Positions 51,883 to 61,548 of a stretch of 64,000 nucleotides of DNA are shown piece after piece (the first letter of the stretch is position 1; every line of letters begins with the position of its first letter). Origin of the DNA: Candidatus Aminicenantes bacterium UBA2190. Lineage in GTDB: Bacteria > Acidobacteriota > Aminicenantia > UBA2199. The stretch covers positions 137,635 through 201,634 of the forward strand of contig DCVK01000021.1 of assembly GCA_002335385.1 (NCBI GenBank), read 5' to 3'. The position numbers and the translations under genes were made by a program. The notes under the pieces were generated by a model. That model did no database searches, was not told the origin of the DNA, and saw only the letters and a list, made by a program, of their open reading frames with translations.

Positions 51883-52000
51883 CTCAGGGAAAGGCAGAGG
51901 GAAGAGAGAGGGAAGAGAGAGTGGAAAGGCCCTTTCAGGACATCTTTCCCACTTCGTCTTCCCTCTGTCTTTCCCTCACTCTTCCCTCATTCTTCCCTGC
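51883..52000. repeat. purine/pyrimidine 11-mer tandem arms forming imperfect inverted repeat
   Basis: (AGAGGGAAGRS)-like arm then (CTTCCCTC...)-like arm; single arms recur at 54763-54820 and 56082-56110. Confidence 0.7.
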
Positions 52001-52004
52001 ATTT

Positions 52005-54626
52005 CTATAGATTGAAATTGTAGGTGAACTTCACCAGGAACACGTTTGTCGACGGCAGGCGCATCAGGTCGCTGAAGCCGCCGGCCACGTCGAACTCGCC
52101 GCGGCCCAGGTCGCCGGAGCGGCCCTGGCTCCAGACCGCGTACAGGGCGGCTCCCGGGCGGTACTCCCAGCGCAGCACCAGGTTGGAGCGCAGCTCGAGA
52201 ACGCGGAAGTCGGGGTTGGCGAAGGAGTAGACAGCGCCGCCCGCCTCGTTCACCAGGTAGTTGCCGCCCTCGGGGTCGAGGCTGATTTCGCCGGCGGCGA
52301 AGGGGCGCAGCTGGTCGTGGATCGAGCCGGCGCGGGGATCGACGACGCGGCGGAAGCCGGCGTAGCGGCCGTTGCTCAGGAAGGGCTGGCCGTAAAACTG
52401 GATGGAGAGGTCGGGGGTGAGGCAGTAGTTCAGGCGCAGGGTCACGTAGTAGGTGTCCTGCTCGATCGTGCCCAGGATATAGCGGCTCTCGCCGCCGATC
52501 TCGGGGGCGGCCACGTACTGCCTGAGGTTGCGGTTGTAGGAGTAGCCGGGAGTGACGCGCAGCGACAGGCGGCTGCCCGGGCGGTAGGCCAGGGCCAGGC
52601 TGGCCCCGCCGCTCTCGCGCGTGTCGTGATCGGCCCGGTAGATCGAGCCGCTCAGCGAGGCCACGAAGGGGCGGCGCGAGTCGCTGCCCAGGCCGTACCA
52701 GACGTTCCAGCCGGGATCAAAGCGCAGCGCCGGGCCGCCGCGCAGGGCGCCGGGCGAGAGGTTGGGCCCCTGGCGGTTGATGCCGGCGTTGACGCTCCAG
52801 TAGTTCTTCAGCTCGCCCCAGAAATTGACGTTGCCGCCGACGAAGATCGGCTCCATGCCGAAGTCGTATCCCTTCCAGCCGTTGAGGTTGATGCCCAGTT
52901 GGTTGAAGATCCAGGTCGGCTTGCGGATGCGGTAGCCGGCCCAGCCCCAGGCCATGGCGGCGTCGCTCCTCCCCAGGTAGCCCATGTCGTTGAGCTCCAG
53001 GCCAGGCGAGCGCCAGGTCAGGCCTCCGGCCCAGTTGATCCCGGTCCCGGCGCTGCGCCCCAGCTCCAGGTTGCCGCCCCAGCCGCCAAGCGAGGTGCGC
53101 GTCGGGTCGAATTCCAGGTAGTCGGCGTCAGGACGCTGAAAGTAGCGGACCGGGGACTTCTGCGTGCGCTCGATCGCCTCGGCGTTTCCTCGCACCAGGC
53201 TGAAGACGGTCTTGGCCGAGACGTGGAAGCGGCGGTTCTTCCAGCTGTGGTAGATGTCGACGCCGCCGCTGTAGGCCTGGCGGTGGAGGAAGTCGAGCTG
53301 CGGGTCGCTGATGTCGCGGTGGACCGCGGTGACCATGGCGCCGAGCACGGTCTTGCCCTCGTTGAGATCCTGCTGGGCGCGCAGCATGAAGTAGTTGGTC
53401 AGCGGTTCCACCGTCTCGTTGCGGTTCCCGCCCGAAAAGGCGATGGCTGCGCTCTCGCGGGCGGTCAGCGCGTCCAGCACGCCGAGCGACAGGCCGCGGC
53501 GCGTCTTGCCGGTGACCTTGAAGGCGCCCAGGATCGAGGTCGCCGTGGGCATGTCGAGGTACTCGCCGGGGCCGGTCTCTGGCCAATGGCGCGGGGCGCG
53601 GCCGACGCGGCGCGAGTAGAAGAGGTTGTCCATGCTGAAGTCGCCGTCGCCGCCCATGATCTGGAAATTCAGGATGCTCTTGCCTTCGGTGAAGAAGGGG
53701 CGCTTCTCCTGGAAGAAGGTCTCGTAGGCCGTCAGGTTGACCACCGAGGGGTCGGCCTCGACCTGGCCGAAATCGGGGTTGAGGGTGAAGTCGAGGGTCA
53801 GGTCGCTGCTCAGACCGACCTTGCCGTCGAGACCGCCGAGCAGGGCGCCGCTGCGGCCGTCGGCGAACGGGTTGCCCGCCTGGCGCGGCGACAGCGTTGC
53901 CTGTGCCACGGTGTAGGGGACGATCTCCACCTGGTGCTGGGCGCGGATGCCCTTCAGCCCCTCGAGAACGCCGAAACTGCTGACGAACCCCGGCGCCTCC
54001 TTGGGGATGTACTGCCAGGAGGAGATCTCCTGCCGGCGGTGGAGCAGGCGCCGCACCTGGAAGCCGAAGGCGACGTTTTCGCCCGCGGCGAAGCGCAGCT
54101 GGCTGAAGGGGATGGCCATCTCGGCCGTCCAGCCGCGGTCGTCCATGGCGGCGGCCGCGTCCCAGACCGGGTCCCAGGTGGAGTCCTGGTTGTTGCTGTC
54201 GCCCGAGAGGGTGACGTCGGCCTTGACGCCGGCGGCGTTGACCTTGAAGCCCAGGGCGGTGCGCTTGTCGAAGTAGCTGTCGATCAGGACCGCCACGTAG
54301 TCGCCGTCGATCTCGTCGCGGCGCGAGATGCGGCGCCCGATCTTTCCCGACTCGTTGTCGTGGCAGCGGACCAGCACGTACAGGTGCTTGTCGTCGAACA
54401 TCACCTTGAACTCGGTGGGCTCGCCCGGGGCGGCGCCGCAGTCGGGCTCGCTCTGGGTGAAGCCGCCGCTCCACTCTGCCTTCTGCCAGCAAGGGTCGTC
54501 GCCGCGGCCGTCGATCGCCGGCGCGTGGGGATTGATATGCTTGCAGGTGTAGACTTTCTTTTCCGCGGCGTCGAGCGCCGCCAGGCCCAGCAGGGCCATC
54601 AACAACGCGAACAGCGCTTTCTTCAT
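52005..54626 (-). CDS. CBM9-like / DUF5916 outer-membrane protein
   Basis: Signal peptide; IDGRGDD, GWTAEMAIPFSQLRF, TLNPDFGQVEAD, EKRPFF, LFYSRRVG. Confidence 0.82.
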   Translation of the reverse strand: MKKALFALLMALLGLAALDAAEKKVYTCKHINPHAPAIDGRGDDPCWQKAEWSGGFTQSEPDCGAAPGEPTEFKVMFDDKHLYVLVRCHDNESGKIGRRISRRDEIDGDYVAVLIDSYFDKRTALGFKVNAAGVKADVTLSGDSNNQDSTWDPVWDAAAAMDDRGWTAEMAIPFSQLRFAAGENVAFGFQVRRLLHRRQEISSWQYIPKEAPGFVSSFGVLEGLKGIRAQHQVEIVPYTVAQATLSPRQAGNPFADGRSGALLGGLDGKVGLSSDLTLDFTLNPDFGQVEADPSVVNLTAYETFFQEKRPFFTEGKSILNFQIMGGDGDFSMDNLFYSRRVGRAPRHWPETGPGEYLDMPTATSILGAFKVTGKTRRGLSLGVLDALTARESAAIAFSGGNRNETVEPLTNYFMLRAQQDLNEGKTVLGAMVTAVHRDISDPQLDFLHRQAYSGGVDIYHSWKNRRFHVSAKTVFSLVRGNAEAIERTQKSPVRYFQRPDADYLEFDPTRTSLGGWGGNLELGRSAGTGINWAGGLTWRSPGLELNDMGYLGRSDAAMAWGWAGYRIRKPTWIFNQLGINLNGWKGYDFGMEPIFVGGNVNFWGELKNYWSVNAGINRQGPNLSPGALRGGPALRFDPGWNVWYGLGSDSRRPFVASLSGSIYRADHDTRESGGASLALAYRPGSRLSLRVTPGYSYNRNLRQYVAAPEIGGESRYILGTIEQDTYYVTLRLNYCLTPDLSIQFYGQPFLSNGRYAGFRRVVDPRAGSIHDQLRPFAAGEISLDPEGGNYLVNEAGGAVYSFANPDFRVLELRSNLVLRWEYRPGAALYAVWSQGRSGDLGRGEFDVAGGFSDLMRLPSTNVFLVKFTYNFNL

Positions 54627-54712
54627 CGTCGTCCTCCTCGGGATCGGGATCGTACCTGCCTGGTAATACTTGGGATTGGGGGGAGAGGTAACAGGAAAGC
54701 CAGTCCAGTCAC

Positions 54713-54820
54713 AGTGACGAGTGACAAGTGACGAGTGACGAGGAGCGGGCAAAGAAGAGAGACTCAAGGGAAGGCAGAGGGAAGGCAGAGGGAAGAAGGA
54801 GGGAAGAGAGAGTGGGAAAA
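54713..54820 (+). repeat. (AGTGACG)4 tract plus 11-mer purine tract
   Basis: AGTGACG AGTGACA AGTGACG AGTGAC GAGGA; CTCAAGGGAAG GCAGAGGGAAG GCAGAGGGAAG. Confidence 0.75.
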
Positions 54821-54920
54821 GCGGGAAGCGGAGGGAAAAGAGGATGTCGGGAGGCCCGGGATCAGGACTTTCATTATTTCCGGTTCGGGAGTACCATCTT
54901 GCCGGCAAGGAGGAACACGA

Positions 54921-55193
54921 ATGGCTTATGAAGCGGAAGGAAGAAAGATCGCCGCCGACCTGCGTGCGCAGTGCGGCAAGCTGCTGGAGGCGCGCCTGGA
55001 GTCGAAGAGCCCCAGCCGCATCGTCCTGGCCTTCGAGAAACAGACCATCACCCTGCCGGGCAATTTCATTTTCCAGTTCGGCTATGCGGGATCCGGGCCC
55101 GATTGCTTTCACGCGTTCCTCCAGGAGTCGGGTTTCAGCGTGACCAAGGAGCAGGTCACCGGGGCCAAAGAGGGCGATATTCTGAAGCCCTGA
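54921..55193 (+). CDS. small hypothetical protein (90 aa)
   Basis: AAGGAGG RBS, ATG 54921; FGYAGSGP. Confidence 0.7.
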   Translation: MAYEAEGRKIAADLRAQCGKLLEARLESKSPSRIVLAFEKQTITLPGNFIFQFGYAGSGPDCFHAFLQESGFSVTKEQVTGAKEGDILKP

Positions 55194-55208
55194 AAGAAAA
55201 GATCTTCT

Positions 55209-55337
55209 AAAGGCAAAAGGCCAAAGGAAAAAGGCAAAAGTGAAGAAAGATATCTATCGAGTGCTCTCTGCAACCACTATCACTACCGCTCAAGTCTCGT
55301 TTGCTTTCTTGCTGACACTGACACTGTCACTGACACT
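55209..55337. repeat. stack of (AAAGGCA)n, (ACCACT)n and (GACACT)n tracts
   Basis: 55209-55246, 55269-55290, 55307-55337. Confidence 0.8.
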
Positions 55338-55358
55338 TAGAATAAATAAGGAGGAATC

Positions 55359-56072
55359 ATGGATCCGCTGGTCAGCCAGGTACGCCGGGAGCTGAGGGAG
55401 AATACCGACGAGAAGAAGCGCCGGGGGGCCCAGGCCTATTTCAAGGAGGGGGTGACCTGCCTGGGCGTGGGCACGGCGACCGTTCACCGCATCGCCCGGG
55501 AGAGGATCGCCGATCTCAAGGGCATGACCAAGGGGGAGGTCTTCGGGCTGTGCGAGGAGCTGTGGCGCGCGGGGAGCCTCGAGGAGACGATCGTGGCCTG
55601 CGACTGGTCGTACTTCATCCGCCGGCAATACGTCCCCGGGGACATCACGGTGTTTGCCGGGTGGGTCGGCAAATACGTGAACAATTGGGCGTCATGCGAC
55701 ACGCTGTGCAATCACTCGGTCGGGGAACTCCTGGAGATGTACCCGGAGCGCGTGGCCGATCTGAAGCAATGGGCCCGGTCGAGGAACCGCTGGCTGCGGC
55801 GCGGGGCCGCCGTGTCGCTGATCATCCCGGCCAAGAAGGGAAAGTTCCCGGACGACGTCATGCAGATCGCCGACATCCTGCTCGAAGATCCGGACGACCT
55901 GGTGCAGAAGGGCTACGGCTGGATGCTGAAGGTGGCCAGCCAGGCGCGGCAGAAGGAGATCTATGCCTACGTGATGCGCAACAAAGCGGCCATGCCGCGA
56001 ACGGCCCTGCGCTATGCCATCGAGAAGATGCCGGCCGAATTGAAACGGCGGGCGATGAAGAAGCAGGCATGA
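55359..56072 (+). CDS. DNA alkylation repair protein (AlkD-like HEAT repeat)
   Basis: NNWASCD, WARSRNRWLRR, DLVQKGYGWMLK, MPRTALRYAIEK. Confidence 0.88.
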   Translation: MDPLVSQVRRELRENTDEKKRRGAQAYFKEGVTCLGVGTATVHRIARERIADLKGMTKGEVFGLCEELWRAGSLEETIVACDWSYFIRRQYVPGDITVFAGWVGKYVNNWASCDTLCNHSVGELLEMYPERVADLKQWARSRNRWLRRGAAVSLIIPAKKGKFPDDVMQIADILLEDPDDLVQKGYGWMLKVASQARQKEIYAYVMRNKAAMPRTALRYAIEKMPAELKRRAMKKQA

Positions 56073-56081
56073 AGGGAAGTT

Positions 56082-56223
56082 CTCAAGGGAAGGCAGAGGA
56101 AAGAAACAGATGAGGTTCGAAGTTCGACGTTCGACGTTTAAGAATAAAGCGAGAGGAGAAAGGCTATAACACTTGGATCTCGCTTATGTTCTTGCTGACA
56201 CGGACACTGCCACTGACACTGTC
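56082..56223. repeat. stack of 11-mer, (GTTCGAM)n and (GACACT)n tracts
   Basis: 56082-56110, 56113-56144, 56190-56223. Confidence 0.75.
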
Positions 56224-56296
56224 CTGAAATAAAATCCATTTCCGCATATAATGCTGGCGTGCTCCGCTCCCGGGGGCGGGGAACAAGGAGGAGCAA

Positions 56297-56857
56297 ATGG
56301 TGACATTGTTTTCATTGTGGCTGCCGATCGTCGTGGCGGCCGTTGTCGTGTTCATCGCCAGCTCGGTCATCCACATGGCGCTGCCCTGGCACAAGAAGGA
56401 CATGATCAAGGTGCCCGGGGAGGACGAGGTGCGCGAGGCGCTGCGCAAGTTCGCCATCCCGCCCGGGGACTACGGCGTCCCCCACGCCGGCTCGATGAAG
56501 GAGGGGAGCTCGCCGGAGTTCACCGCCAAGCTGAACGAGGGGCCGGTGCTGTTCATGTCGGTGGCCAGGAACGGCCCGCCCAACATGGCGCTCAGCTTCG
56601 TCTTCTGGTTCCTCTACTTGCTGGTCGTCGGCAAGCTCACGGCCTACGTCGCCTGCCTGGCGCTGCCCGCCGGCGCCGCCTTCCTGCCTGTCTTCCGTCT
56701 CACCGGCGCTGTGGCCTTCGCCGGTTACTCCCTGGCCCTGCTGCAGCGGCCCATCTGGTACGGCGGCAGCTGGTGCGCGACCCTCAAGTCGGTGTTCGAC
56801 GGCCTGGTCTACGCTTTGCTGACCGCCGCCGTCTTCGGCTGGCTGTGGCCGCGCTGA
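56297..56857 (+). CDS. conserved-looking integral membrane protein
   Basis: About 5 hydrophobic segments; AAGGAGG RBS. Confidence 0.8.
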   Translation: MVTLFSLWLPIVVAAVVVFIASSVIHMALPWHKKDMIKVPGEDEVREALRKFAIPPGDYGVPHAGSMKEGSSPEFTAKLNEGPVLFMSVARNGPPNMALSFVFWFLYLLVVGKLTAYVACLALPAGAAFLPVFRLTGAVAFAGYSLALLQRPIWYGGSWCATLKSVFDGLVYALLTAAVFGWLWPR

Positions 56858-56906
56858 GGTGCTTCGGGCATATCTTGTAAACGATACCGGACAATAATCA
56901 GATAAC

Positions 56907-57028
56907 GGGAGGGTTTGAAACCCTCCCCTACGTGAAGATGTTTCTTTTCCTCCTGCAACCACTACCACTATCACTACCACTGATACCTGTAATGCCTCTT
57001 GCTGACACTGACACTGTCACTGACACTG
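56907..57028. repeat. GTAG-type REP-like palindrome plus (ACCACT)n and (GACACT)n tracts
   Basis: GGGAGGGTTT-G-AAACCCTCCC-CTAC; TCTTGCTGACACTGACACTGTCACTGACACT at 56997. Confidence 0.8.
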
Positions 57029-57099
57029 TTTAGTTGACGCGGTCATACAATGATGCTATATAATAATAACGATGAATTAACGCATCGGGGAGGTGTATC

Positions 57100-57327
57100 A
57101 TGGTCAAGACGCTCAGCAAGCACGGCAACAGCCTGGCCCTGGTCATCGAGAAGCCGGTGCTCGAGCTGCTGGGCGCCGACGCCGCCACTCCCTTCGAAGT
57201 GACCACCGACGGCCGGGCGCTGGTGCTGACGCCGGTGCTCGACCCGCAACGGCAAAAGCGCTTTGCCGCGGCCCTGGACAAGGCGAACAAGAAATATCCC
57301 CGGGCGTTGAAGAAGCTGGCCGAATAG
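57100..57327 (+). CDS. AbrB/MazE-family antitoxin
   Basis: KHGNSLALVI swapped-hairpin motif; directly upstream of Doc. Confidence 0.88.
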   Translation: MVKTLSKHGNSLALVIEKPVLELLGADAATPFEVTTDGRALVLTPVLDPQRQKRFAAALDKANKKYPRALKKLAE

Positions 57328-57735
57328 ATGGCCGGCCCCGTTTTCCTGACTTTGGCCGAGGTGTTGGAGATCCATCGCGACCAGATCGGTCGTTACGGGG
57401 GCAGGGAGGGAATCCGCGACCTGGAGCTGCTGCAATCGGCGCTGGCCGTTCCCGCGGCTTCCTTCGCCGGCGGATTCCTGCATGAGGGCCTGCCGGAGAT
57501 GGCCGTCGCATACCTGTTCCACATCGTCCGCGACCATCCCTTCATCGACGGCAACAAGCGCACGGGGGCGGTGGCGGCGCTGGTTTTCCTGCTGCTCAAC
57601 GGCCATGAGCTCCGCGCCCCGGAAGACAAGCTGTTCGAGGCTGTCCTCGCCGTGGCCTCCGGGAAGATGTCCAAGGCCGAGCTGACCCTGTTCTTCCGCC
57701 GCTGGACGAAAAAAGGGCAGGGAAAGAAGAGATAG
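57328..57735 (+). CDS. doc: Doc-type (Fic family) toxin
   Basis: GIRDLELLQSAL and HPFIDGNKRT (Doc-type Lys variant of Fic motif). Confidence 0.9.
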   Translation: MAGPVFLTLAEVLEIHRDQIGRYGGREGIRDLELLQSALAVPAASFAGGFLHEGLPEMAVAYLFHIVRDHPFIDGNKRTGAVAALVFLLLNGHELRAPEDKLFEAVLAVASGKMSKAELTLFFRRWTKKGQGKKR

Positions 57736-57762
57736 GACGGGATTAGAACCTGTTTCCGCATC

Positions 57763-57945
57763 GGGCGGGCACGGGGGCCCGCCCCTACGGAAATATTGCG
57801 GCAGGCTTACACCCCAAGGAGGTTAAACCCTCCTTACATGGAAAAATGCGGGAGGGTCACAGACCCTCCCCTACGTGAAGAGACAATGGGAACCTGCCGG
57901 TGTAGTCCTCCAGCTCTTGCTGACACTGACACTGTCACTGACACT
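57763..57945. repeat. cluster of three REP-like palindromes plus (GACACT)n element
   Basis: 57763-57788, 57816-57837, 57850-57874, each ending YTAC; hexamer element 57915-57945. Confidence 0.8.
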
Positions 57946-58213
57946 TTCTTCAATATTTTGAATTTTTTATAACAAAATAAAATATCACATTTTTCCCTAT
58001 TGTCTCCTTGTCCGCCAAAAACTATAATTTTCTCTTGATCACCCGATGGACGCTAAAGGAATTCATCCTCCCCTGCGAAGCTTCCCCAGGCCACCGGCGG
58101 GAGCTTGGGAAAATATTAAGGAAAGCACCTTTAAATAAATCATATAAGCGGGGCGGCAGATGGATAGCGGATCAGCGGTCCGCCCCGAAAATTATTAGGA
58201 AGGAGGACAGGAA

Positions 58214-58627
58214 ATGTCTGAACAAATCAGGGTTCGTTGGGGCTGGCTCAAGGGAATGTATGTGTACACGATTGCTGTGGCGGGGTTTCTTGGCTTGGGA
58301 ATCATCGTCATGCCCGAAATGATCAGAACGAAGTTGCCATGGCCGGTTGCAGAACCAACGGCTTTCGGGGTTGTCGGCAGCATTTATGTGGCATGCGGAC
58401 TGCTGGCCATATTGGGACTGCGCTCTCCTCTCAAATTTGTGCCGCTTCTTTTGCTGCAGCTTTTCTACAAGTCCGTATGGTTCATCGGCGTCGCCTTGCC
58501 TCTCTGTGTCAGCGGCCATTTCCCGACTTATGCGCTGCCCATGGCGATCATCTTTGTAACGTTCATCATCGGAGATCTGATTGCAATACCTTTTTCATAT
58601 GTCTTTGCTAAAGAACCAAGTCAGTAA
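58214..58627 (+). CDS. 4-TM membrane protein, lower GC
   Basis: AAGGAGG RBS; LLLQLFYKSVW; four hydrophobic segments. Confidence 0.78.
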   Translation: MSEQIRVRWGWLKGMYVYTIAVAGFLGLGIIVMPEMIRTKLPWPVAEPTAFGVVGSIYVACGLLAILGLRSPLKFVPLLLLQLFYKSVWFIGVALPLCVSGHFPTYALPMAIIFVTFIIGDLIAIPFSYVFAKEPSQ

Positions 58628-58699
58628 AGGGCTGTTGGGGACGGAACGTTCCCCGGTTCTGTTCGTAGTAATGAGAACCAGATCAAGGATAAGGTGAAC

Positions 58700-59623
58700 A
58701 TGAAAAGAGAATTCCGCATCGTTCTGCTGGCCGTGGTGATGGCGTCTGTCTTCTGGTTTGTCGGAGCGGAGGAAGAGCTCGTCGCTCCGCCTGCGCCCTA
58801 TTTCGGGCTGAAGGCGCCGGGAATGGTCCCGGAGGTGTTCGCCCCGGGAATCGTCTCGACCGGGCAGTTCGAGTTCGGGATTGCGTTTTCCCGGGATGGC
58901 AGGGAGTGCTTCTTCACCCGGCGCGCCACGTACGAGGGCGCGGACAACCGGATCTTGCGGACGCAAATGAGCGATAAAGGGTGGAGCCGCCCGGAGCCCG
59001 CCTCCTTCTCCCGCGACGTCTTCGAATTCCTCCCGGTCGTCTCGCCTGACGGCCGCCGGCTCTATTTCTATTCCGAGCGCCCCGAACCACCTGCGGATGC
59101 GGCGCTGGACGGAGATCTCTGGGTGACGGAGAAAGGGGAAACGGGCTGGGGCGATCCGCAGCGCCTGCGGGCGCCCGCCAACCGCAGGTATTGCATGATG
59201 GTCTCGGAGGCGAAGAGCGGGACGATCTATTTTTCAGGGATGTTCGCCGGGAAGAGGGGCATGTTCCGTGCCGCCTGCCAGGCGGGCGAGTATGGGGAAA
59301 TGGAACGCCTGCCCGAGGAGATCAATGCCATCCGGCCCGCCCACCCCTTCATCGCCCCCGATGAAAGCTACCTGATCATGGACGCCCAGGTAACGGGCAT
59401 GGGCCAGCCGGAACTCTTCATCAGTTTCCGCAAGGCGGACGGGAATTGGACTCGCGCGCTGAACATGGGGCAAGCGATCAACGCCACGAAGACCGAATTC
59501 GCCGCCAGCGTCTCACCCGACGGAAGATTCCTGTTCTTCCACCGTCGCGTGAACGGCAACGGGGATATCTACTGGGTCGATGCCGGGATCCTTGATGAAC
59601 TACGGGAAAAGATCAGGGACTAA
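58700..59623 (+). CDS. secreted PD40/TolB-like beta-propeller protein
   Basis: FAPGIVST, SRDG, SPDG, APDES, SVSPDGRFLFF, DIYWVD. Confidence 0.85.
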   Translation: MKREFRIVLLAVVMASVFWFVGAEEELVAPPAPYFGLKAPGMVPEVFAPGIVSTGQFEFGIAFSRDGRECFFTRRATYEGADNRILRTQMSDKGWSRPEPASFSRDVFEFLPVVSPDGRRLYFYSERPEPPADAALDGDLWVTEKGETGWGDPQRLRAPANRRYCMMVSEAKSGTIYFSGMFAGKRGMFRAACQAGEYGEMERLPEEINAIRPAHPFIAPDESYLIMDAQVTGMGQPELFISFRKADGNWTRALNMGQAINATKTEFAASVSPDGRFLFFHRRVNGNGDIYWVDAGILDELREKIRD

Positions 59624-59815
59624 AGGGATGGACTGTTGATCCGATTATTCAAGGAAAGGATTAGGGACGGACGGCAACAAGGTAAGAACTAGAATGGAAC
59701 TCCGGGGCATGATCCGTAATCAGAGGGCATTTGGTGTAAGCATTATCGTATTCCTGCCATGAGAAAAAGTAATCATGCAAGACCTGTATTTCTTAATCCA
59801 AAGGGAGGCATCAAG

Positions 59816-60814
59816 ATGCGATTGATCTTCCTCGGCATTTTTTGCCTGGCGATCATCTTCTGTCCGGGCTTCGGGCAGAAAGACAAACCCGAAACGGAAG
59901 TGGGCTTTGCCGACGGCCACGTTCATGCCGGCTTTGCAAAAAAGGACGGCATCCTCGCCACGCGTTTCGCTTATTTCCAGCTCCAGGGCGTCAAGACCAT
60001 CTGCCTTTCCCTGCCGCTGGACAGTTCCAGGACCGCTGACCTGCGGGCGCGGATCAGCGGGGAGATCGCCGCGCTGCGCGAGCTCGCGAACAGGGAAAGG
60101 ACTTTCCGCCTGCTCCCGGGCGACGGCGGAACGCCGGGGCCGCCGGGGGAATTGGATGTGTTCCTGAGCGTGGAATATTTTCACGGCGCCTTCAACGGCG
60201 ACGCCGGCCTGGTGAACGCTTACAGGGACCTGGGCATCAGGGCTGTCACCCTCATCGACAATGACCGCGACCCGTTCTTTGCCGGGGGAGCGCTGACCCC
60301 GTTCGGGAAAAAGGTGATCGCCCTGATGGACGAATCGGGATTGCGGATCGACGTTTCACACCTGGACTCGGCCCAGAAGCTCGCGGTCATCGCGGCCGCC
60401 AAGTCGCCGGTCCTCGTTTCGCACACCAATGCGCGGAGCGTGGCCGATCTCGATTACAACATTCCGGATGAGGTCCTGGCGGCCTTGAAGAAGAACCGGG
60501 GCTCGGTCCTGGTCTCCTTCAACCGCAACGGCGTTTTCGCCGAAAACGGAGGGAGAAGCGGCGGCATCGCCCAACTGGCGGACCATATCGATCATTTCGT
60601 TGAATGGCTCGGCGTCGACCATGTCGGCATCGGCTCGGACTACCAGGCCGACGGCAGGTATGTGGCCGCGCCGCTGAACGAGCCCGACGCCTTCGGAAGG
60701 ATCGCCCGCGAGCTGGCCGGGCGCGGCCATGACGCGGCCGCGATCCATCAGATCATGTCCGCCAATGTCCGGCGATTATTTGGGGCTGGGGAAAAAGCGT
60801 ATAATTCGGAATAG
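59816..60814 (+). CDS. secreted peptidase M19 (dipeptidase) family protein
   Basis: Signal peptide; DGHVH, IDVSH, VSHTN, GIGSDY. Confidence 0.82.
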   Translation: MRLIFLGIFCLAIIFCPGFGQKDKPETEVGFADGHVHAGFAKKDGILATRFAYFQLQGVKTICLSLPLDSSRTADLRARISGEIAALRELANRERTFRLLPGDGGTPGPPGELDVFLSVEYFHGAFNGDAGLVNAYRDLGIRAVTLIDNDRDPFFAGGALTPFGKKVIALMDESGLRIDVSHLDSAQKLAVIAAAKSPVLVSHTNARSVADLDYNIPDEVLAALKKNRGSVLVSFNRNGVFAENGGRSGGIAQLADHIDHFVEWLGVDHVGIGSDYQADGRYVAAPLNEPDAFGRIARELAGRGHDAAAIHQIMSANVRRLFGAGEKAYNSE

Positions 60815-60862
60815 GCTGCACCTTCTCGAAGCAGCGCTGAAATAAAACCAGAGGAGACCGGA

Positions 60863-61516
60863 ATGGATTTTTATGAAGCGGTGAGGAAGCGGCGGACGGT
60901 CAGGGAGTTCGCGGACAGGGCGGTGCCCGAGGAAGCCCTGCGGCGGGCGCTGGCCGCGGGGCTGCGGGCGCCATGCAACGCCCACTTGAAGAGCTGGCAG
61001 TTCATCCTGCTCCGCGACCTGGAAAAGCGGGACAAGGCGGTCTTCGACGGACTGAAGGCCAGGGATATGAAGGATCCCGACGAGATCGAGCGCTTCGTCG
61101 CCCGCTTCGAGGAGCCGGAACTTAAAAAGGTCTACCGCCGCTCGCTGCCCCGGCAGCTGAGCATGATGCTGGAGGCGCCCGAGCTGCTGCTGGTGTGCTA
61201 CCGCATGAAGCCCCAGGACGAATGCCGCACCCTGTTCGAGCTGAACCCCCTGGCGTCGGCCTGGATGTGCATCGAGAACATCATGCTGGCACTGGCCGCC
61301 GAGGGGCTCTACGGCTGCACCTATACTCCCTACGAATCCAGGGGGCTGAAAAAGATGCTGGGCGTACCCGCGGGCTACGAGATCGCCGCGGTCATTCCTC
61401 TCGGCTATGCCGAGGAAGATCCCGGCGAGAACGAAACGGAGGACCTGGACGCGCGGCTGCACATTGACGGCTGGGAGCAGAAGACAGGGAGGAATGAGGG
61501 AAGCAGAAGCAAGTAA
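60863..61516 (+). CDS. nitroreductase family protein
   Basis: RRTVREF, APCNAHLKSWQF, IENIMLALAAEGL, IPLGY. Confidence 0.9.
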   Translation: MDFYEAVRKRRTVREFADRAVPEEALRRALAAGLRAPCNAHLKSWQFILLRDLEKRDKAVFDGLKARDMKDPDEIERFVARFEEPELKKVYRRSLPRQLSMMLEAPELLLVCYRMKPQDECRTLFELNPLASAWMCIENIMLALAAEGLYGCTYTPYESRGLKKMLGVPAGYEIAAVIPLGYAEEDPGENETEDLDARLHIDGWEQKTGRNEGSRSK

Positions 61517-61548
61517 AAAGAACTTCCGCTCTTTCCCGAGGAGGAAAC

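Noticed and set aside
50257..57945. CRISPR array formed by the ~31-bp GACACT elements
   Set aside because: Copies are internally periodic, in mixed orientation and separated by whole genes rather than uniform spacers; no cas genes in the window
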